From Albugo candida (taxonomy: Eukaryota), in assembly GCA_040437565.1 (NCBI GenBank), contig JBDOQK010000041.1:62001-126000 (forward strand): DNA of 64,000 bases. The letters are read 5' to 3'. Positions 61,873 to 64,000 of this stretch are shown one piece after another; the stretch's first letter is position 1; each line of letters opens with the position of its first letter. The notes beneath the pieces were generated by a model. It searched no databases. It was not told where the DNA came from and worked only from the letters and a program-made list of their open reading frames with translations. The translations under genes were made by a program, and so were the position numbers.

Positions 61873-63204
61873 TTACGTAAATCTTCGTTTTTGATTGAAT
61901 CGCCTCATTTCATGAATGGCAGAGGATAATGGTTTGTCATTGTAGGCGTCAGACTGCCCTTTGATCCACGGATGCTCTAGAGCCATTGTAGCGCTGTATC
62001 GGTCATGAGGGGTGACATTGAGAAGATTGCGTATCAGATGTTTGGCTGTTTGATCAAAATCTCATTAAGGCACTTTCATCATCTGAGCGACATCGCAAAC
62101 CTGCACTTGAGACGTTTGTCCAGTAAGGATGCGGAAATTCCAAGGCACCAGCACGTATTTTTCGATAAACAGCCTCGAGTCCAGTCTCATCCTCGACAAA
62201 AGGTGGGAAGCCGCAAAGCCTAACATCAGAATTCGTGTTATCAAGCAATCAACTTGATATCAATCGTAGAGTACTTTACATGATGTAGACGACGACTCCA
62301 AGACTCCATAAATCGACTTTGCTGTCGTATCCCTCACCCTTTAATACTTCAGGTGCTACAGGCTGCCGCGTGAGATCGCATGCTAGATAAACGCAGAGTA
62401 CGCATACGCACCAACGTAATAATCAGTCCCACAGCTGGTATACGCTCTACCGCGGCCACGGGACCCTGCATCATCACCCTCTGGATCCAGTATCTTTGCA
62501 ATACCAAAGTCACTGATCTTGATATCTGCGCTGTTGTGACTCGCAAGTAAAATATTCTCAGGCTTGATATCACGATGTATGATGTTACAAGAATGTAAAT
62601 ATTCCAGCGCTTGTAAGACATTGGCCACAATCTGAGCTGCTTGTCGTTCGGAATAAACTCCCACACGTACAATTCGATCAAATAATTCTCCGCCAGTAAC
62701 TCTGCGACAAAAGGCGAATTAACATCAATATTGAAAAAATGAGCTGTGTTGTTACCTCTCCATGACCAGCAGTAAATCATTATCGCTTTCGTAAACTTCC
62801 TCCAAACTTATTATGTGAGGATGTTTGACCCGGAGAAGGACAGTGATTTCGTCCCGTAAACTATTCTTCTTCACACATAACGCTTTATTGATAACTTTGA
62901 CAGCATACACTTCTTGTGTCGACTTTTTTCTACACAAGTATACCATGGAGACAGCGCCACTGAATGATCGATTAGTTTTGTTTGTGTCTCAAGTGTTCAA
63001 GTACGAACCGTCCAAGAATTTCTCCGACTTCATACAAAGAATGGAACATTGCCGCACTATGGACATCCGCCAAACCTTGCGTCACTAAATGATCTTCCTC
63101 CTTGCGAAAGAACGCGGAAAGTGGTGGGGCTACCAAGTTTACATGTGATCAAGAAAATGACCCAACATTCTTGAGATACACAAACCAGAAAAATGAGCGG
63201 CCAT
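61873..63204 (-). CDS. CAMK family Ser/Thr kinase, multi-exon
   Basis: Spliced YEVGEILGRGAVSMVY, YAVKVI, HRDIKPEN, DFGIAK, CGTDYYVAPE, LCGFPPF, HPWI, and autoinhibitory-like MRRFNQKRRF. Confidence 0.9.
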
Positions 63205-64000
63205 TATAAAAATCGAGCACGGGTTCTCGTCAAGATCAATTGATCTCGTTACGCTGTATGAAGTGGAACGCTTCTAGCTTGTAAAACGCAAAATTGATGG
63301 TGTCGAAGCTATCCAAGATTCTGCTTGGCACAGTAGGTAGGAAAAGCACGAATGAACTAGACATGCACACGTAGAAAAGCATAAGGTACATATTGTGCAT
63401 CCGGAAAGCTACGAGTTCATACATGCGAAAAAAAGAGCCAGTCGTGTACGTCTTTGAAGCGAAGAAAGGCAGTGATCGCTAATTCCCTAAAAGAAGCGCT
63501 TGAGTGTACACCGTATACCAGCTTCCAGGAATTTATTGTATACTTGTAGTATAGAGCGTCACGAACGGGTTTACTGTTTGTAACAGTATACTTTAAAATC
63601 GGCACGGAAATCTGACGTCTTATCATTGTCATGTACTTTACTTCAGATCAGCCGTATAACGGTTATCAAAANNNNNNNNNNNNNNNNNNNNNNNNNNNNN
63701 NNNNNNNNNNNNNNNNNNNNNNNNNNNNNNNNNNNNNNNNNNNNNNNNNNNNNNNNNNNNNNNNNNNNNNNGACGTCTTATCATTGTCATGTACTTTACT
63801 TCAGATCAGCCGTATAACGGTTATCAAAACAAGAAAAACGATCGAGAGTGCTAAAACACTGTACACCCAGGCTTTATGATGGAAAGGGCTCGAAAATGGA
63901 TTGTGTGTCGAAAGTGGCGCTTGCGGATTGACATCGCTGTTCTCCATGAGAAAATCACCCGCTTGAGATAGCTTTACTTGGTCGAGTTGCTGCCGTAATG

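Overview
Eukaryotic, gene-dense scaffold segment with short (about 50-65 nt) GT-AG introns, oomycete-type Inr-like core promoters and TTTAGGG-type repeats. It is most consistent with an oomycete, plausibly an Albugo-like biotroph (inference only). Two housekeeping blocks flank a central repeat- and pseudogene-rich block. Left block (1-13.2 kb): BRWD/PHIP-like WD40 protein, FEX/CrcB fluoride exporter, SRSF1-like SR protein, INTS6, RAD51, a divergent DDRGK1 and Rab7. Right block (40.4-63.2 kb): RPT3, FAM210-like protein, cornichon, two tandem PPR genes, CLP1, snurportin-1, an AGC kinase, a bZIP factor, a TTM-triphosphatase/guanylyltransferase capping enzyme, a membrane protein and a CAMK. Central block (13.4-40 kb): a decayed LINE, a Tc1/mariner-like DDE relic, a chromodomain Gypsy with an antisense ORF, a MULE/foldback-like end, a UBR E3 pseudogene fragment, a CFAP20-domain gene and secreted-protein candidates. 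The most striking item is a 47-aa micro-ORF (30128-30271, minus) with its own Inr/FPR-like promoter. Its first 18 residues match the bacterial EF-Tu PAMP elf18 at 13 of 18 positions, while its P-loop is destroyed. Many 100-N gaps are flanked by duplicated sequence and look like assembly artefacts. Exon boundaries were read by eye and are approximate.
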